Shown here: positions 60,901 to 64,000 of the stretch, piece after piece
How positions within the stretch are numbered: position 1 is the first letter of the stretch
Layout: every line of letters begins with the position of its first letter
Source of the DNA: Centroscyllium fabricii
Taxonomy: Eukaryota
Assembly (NCBI GenBank): GCA_051313645.2
Contig: JBNRSN020000010.1
Span: forward strand, 73,160,001-73,224,000
Length of the DNA: 64,000 nt
Direction of reading: 5' to 3'
Notes under the pieces: model-generated
Databases searched by the model: none
Seen by the model: the letters and a program-made list of their open reading frames with translations, nothing else
Told to the model about the DNA's origin: nothing
Position numbers and translations under genes: made by a program

Positions 60901-62552
60901 GAGGGACCGACTGCAACGTATCCAAGTTTGCTGATGATACTAAGATGGGAGGGAAAGCAGTGAGTGAGGAGGACATAAAAAACCTGCAAAGGGACATAGA
61001 CAGGCTAGGTGAGTGGGCAAAGATTTGGCAGATGGAATATAATGTTGGAAAGTGTGAGGTTATGCACTTTGGCAAAAAAAATCAAAGAGCAAATTATTAT
61101 CTGAATGGAGAGAAACTGCATCTGTACAAAGGGATCTGGGGGTCATGGTGCATGAAACGCAGAAGGTTAGTATACAGGTACAGCAGGTGATCCGGAAGGC
61201 CAATAGAATCATGGCTTTTATTGCAAGGGGGTGGAGTATAAAAACAGGGAAGTTCTGCTACAATTATACAGGGTGTTGGTGAGGCCACATCTGGAATACT
61301 GCGTACAGTTTTGGTTTCCATATTTGAGAAAGGATATACTTGCTCTCGAGGCAGTTCAGAGAAGATTCACTCGGTTGATTCTGGAGATGAGGGGGTTGAC
61401 TTATGAGGAAAGGTTGAGTAGGTTGGGCCTCTACTCATTGGAGTTCAGAAGAGTGAGAGGCGATCTTATCAAAACATATAAGATTGTGAGGGGGCTTGAT
61501 CGGGTGGATGCGGTGAGGATGTTTCCACTGATAGGTGAGACTAGAACTAGGGGGCATAATCTGAGAATAAGGGGCTGCCCTTTCTAAACTGAGATGAGAA
61601 GATGGGTGTTGGGGCTGTGGAATTTACTGCCCCAGAGAGCTGTGGAAGCTACTACAGGTTGCGCACCGGAAATCCGGCACGGGCGGGACCAGGCCCGTGC
61701 CAGGAAAGTGAAAAAAACGGCAGAATGAAGTCGGTCAGTGGGCATGCGCGCACCATGCAAAATGGCCACGCGCATGCGCACAACATTGGAAATGGCCGCT
61801 GAACGTCTTTGTGGAGTCTCAGCTGACGGCCAGCAGGCTGCTCCGGGAAACGCGCGCTTCCCCTTGGCGGGCGCTCGGGACTCGCACATTCAAAACGCGA
61901 CGCGAGCCGCCGTGCCCTGATGCCACGGAAGGCCCGGCGGCCATTTTGAATGATCTGCGCATGCGCTAGCCGTCCGGCGACGCATGCACAGATCATTCAA
62001 AACACCCGGCAGCCGTTTTGAATGATCTGCGCATGCGCTAGCCGTTCGGCGGCGCATGCGCAGATCATTCGCCGAAGCCGCGATCGCGGCTGCCATCTTG
62101 CGCATGCGCAGTGCAGTCGGGGCAATTTGTTCCGGCAGACTGAAGCTGCCGGCGTTTCGGGTCACAGATTTTCGGTGCACAACCTGTACTTTGAATAAAT
62201 TTTAAACCGAGATAGGCAGTTTCTTGGAAGTAAAGGGAATTATGGGTTACGGTGAGCGGGCAGGTAAGTGGACATAAGGCTAGGTTCAGAGCGGCCATGT
62301 GATCTCCTGGACAAGTTTCGATCACCTAGATGGGTCGGAGAGGAGTTTCTCAGATTTTTTCTCCCAAATTGGCCACTGGGTTTGTGTCTGATTTTTCGCC
62401 TCTCCCGGGAGATCACATGGGTTCGGGCGGGATGGAGAGTGAAAGTAGATTTGAGGTTAGGATCAGATCAGCCATGATCTTGTTAAATGGCGGTGCAGGC
62501 TCGAGTGGCTGAATGGCCTACTCCTGCTCCTATTTCTTATGTTCTTGTGTTC
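60901..62552 (+). mobile_element. CR1 LINE 3' fragment inserted in env
   Basis: KFADDTK, LVRPHLEY and a tail ending TTCTTATGTTCTTGTGTTC. Confidence 0.93.
61655..62186. mobile_element. Tigger-like MITE with TA TSD inside CR1
   Basis: TA|CAGGTTGCGCACCGGAAATC ... GATTTTCGGTGCACAACCTG|TA. Empty site GAAGCTACTACTTTGAATAAA seen in the CR1 copy at ~9650. Confidence 0.93.
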
Positions 62553-63044
62553 AGGAATGGAGACAATTTGTTCCTGGGCCACTGAACTTCTGCCTCGGGT
62601 TTAAAGCAGAAACTGCTGTCACTTACCGGACACCAACCATGCTGTCCAAGCTGGCAGTGAGGCGCACTGATGGTGACACAATATGTCCCACCTCCTATAT
62701 ATGCTACCTGTGGGGGAACATAGCGTTGTGCCATTACCTCCATGATACAGTTTGTAGGTTTTGCTCCAGCAGCTTTAAACCCACACTTTGGTTTTGAATA
62801 GGCGTTCAAGTGCTGGGGATACAGTATTAATTGTGAACTCCAGCTCCGGCACCCGGAGAGGTCTGTACCTGTCACAGCGTGCTCCCACTTTATGACGTAA
62901 GGTGGGACCGCTGCGAACGAACGTGTGCACCCCTATGAATGACTCCAATATTCTCCACCCTGTATACCGGCGCAGGTCAGGCTGTCCTCCCCATGTCTGG
63001 CATCCTTATTATTATACCCATAATTGTGTGGTTGGACTTTCCAC

Positions 63045-63328
63045 AGGCTAGATGGAGCTGACACTCCTGTGATCTCCTGGACTAGTTTTCGATCGCTTAG
63101 ATGGGTCGGAGAGGAATTTCCCAGATTTTTTCTCCCAAATTGGCTACTGGGTTTTTTATCTGGTTTTTCGCCTCTCCCGGGTGATCACATGTGTTTGGGT
63201 GGGATGGAAAGTTAAAATAAAATTGAGGTTGGGATCAGATCAGCCATGATCTTGTTGAATGGCGGAGCGGGCTCGAGGGGCCGATTGGCCTACTCCTGCT
63301 CCTATTTCTTATGTTCTTATGTTCTTAT
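63045..63328 (+). mobile_element. CR1 3' tail
   Basis: Near-identical to 9770-10022. Confidence 0.9.
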
Positions 63329-63592
63329 GACACGGGCTCAGCAAATTACTAAACGGATGGAGGGCTGCGAGGTGCTTGTTACTGATCGTGGGTTCATGTC
63401 ACGCTACATGTAACCTCACCTGACGTAGAGTGATCCAGACTCGAGTCGTCATTGGCTTGTTCTGCGGCTGGACCTGCTGTGATTTCCAGCAAAACATTTT
63501 CTTTTTCATTTTATTTTTTGTTGCTTTTTACCTGTTTTTTGTTTTTGTTATGGACCCCAGCATGTGCAACATTTGACCCCTTGTGATCCCAC

Positions 63593-63772
63593 CTCACTGT
63601 TCTTTATATATATATATATATGCTGTGCCTTTATGAATCTCTTCACTTCACCTGATGAAGGAGCAACGCTCCAAAAGCTTGTGATTTCAAATAAAACTGT
63701 TGGACTATAACCTGGTGTTGTGTGTCTTCTTACATTTGTCCACCCCAGTCTAACACCGGCACCTCCACATCA
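63593..63772 (+). mobile_element. Penelope-type short element (single arm)
   Basis: Matches the right arm of 4303-4468 including CTGATGAAGGAGCAACGCTCC. Confidence 0.75.
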
Positions 63773-64000
63773 TTAAATCCTCCAGGTTACTACGGCCCTT
63801 GCCTAGCAACCACGCCCCATACAGTATGCACACCTTGTTCTGTGCAGCCTGGTACGAAGCATTCCTGTCTTCCCGTATTAAAACGTTTACCATTTTGGTG
63901 TGTCTTTCCAGCTCAGCCATAATCTCTTTTAAATGGACCGTCATAGCCTGGTCCTTGTGTAGCTCTGAATTTACCAGTGTTTTCGTCCATCAAAATCTTA

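Larger units (their letters stand above)
60570..64000 (-). pseudogene. Retroviral env (TM subunit), foamy-virus-like, interrupted by CR1/MITE/Penelope-type insertions
   Basis: Pieces in order on minus: heptad-like MTVHLKEIMAELERHTKMVNVLIR (63944-63775); VYRVENIG..HV..PPYVI..DLSGC..KCG..NC..QVAYIGGGTYCV..C (63040-62553); helical linker, WW and hydrophobic TM ILVVFQMGIVLYLLC with a short tail to the stop at 60570. Confidence 0.75.

Overview
Vertebrate genomic DNA, most likely from a cartilaginous fish (shark-type V-SINEs, Deu-type SINEs, CR1/Rex1 LINEs). The only host gene supported is ARHGAP11A on the minus strand. Seven coding exons (ATG at 41903, reading toward the window start) have canonical GT-AG junctions and continuous frame, and the rest of the gene lies beyond position 1. 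Introns are packed with CR1, L2, Rex1, RTE-X and V/Deu-SINE fragments, TA-target Tigger/pogo-like MITEs, 3-bp-target PIF/Harbinger MITEs and Penelope-type foldbacks that carry minimal hammerhead-ribozyme-like cores. The 22 kb upstream of the gene is a deeply nested retroelement pile. It holds a CsRn1-clade Gypsy element about 470 bp from the ATG and a decayed class III-like endogenous retrovirus (gag-pro-RT-tether-RNase H). Inside that ERV is a CR1/Gypsy composite whose pol plus 3'LTR half has been inverted. On the opposite strand is the 3' end of a second ERV with a foamy-virus-like Env TM region and a ~1.3-kb LTR. All family assignments come from recognised motifs, not database searches.
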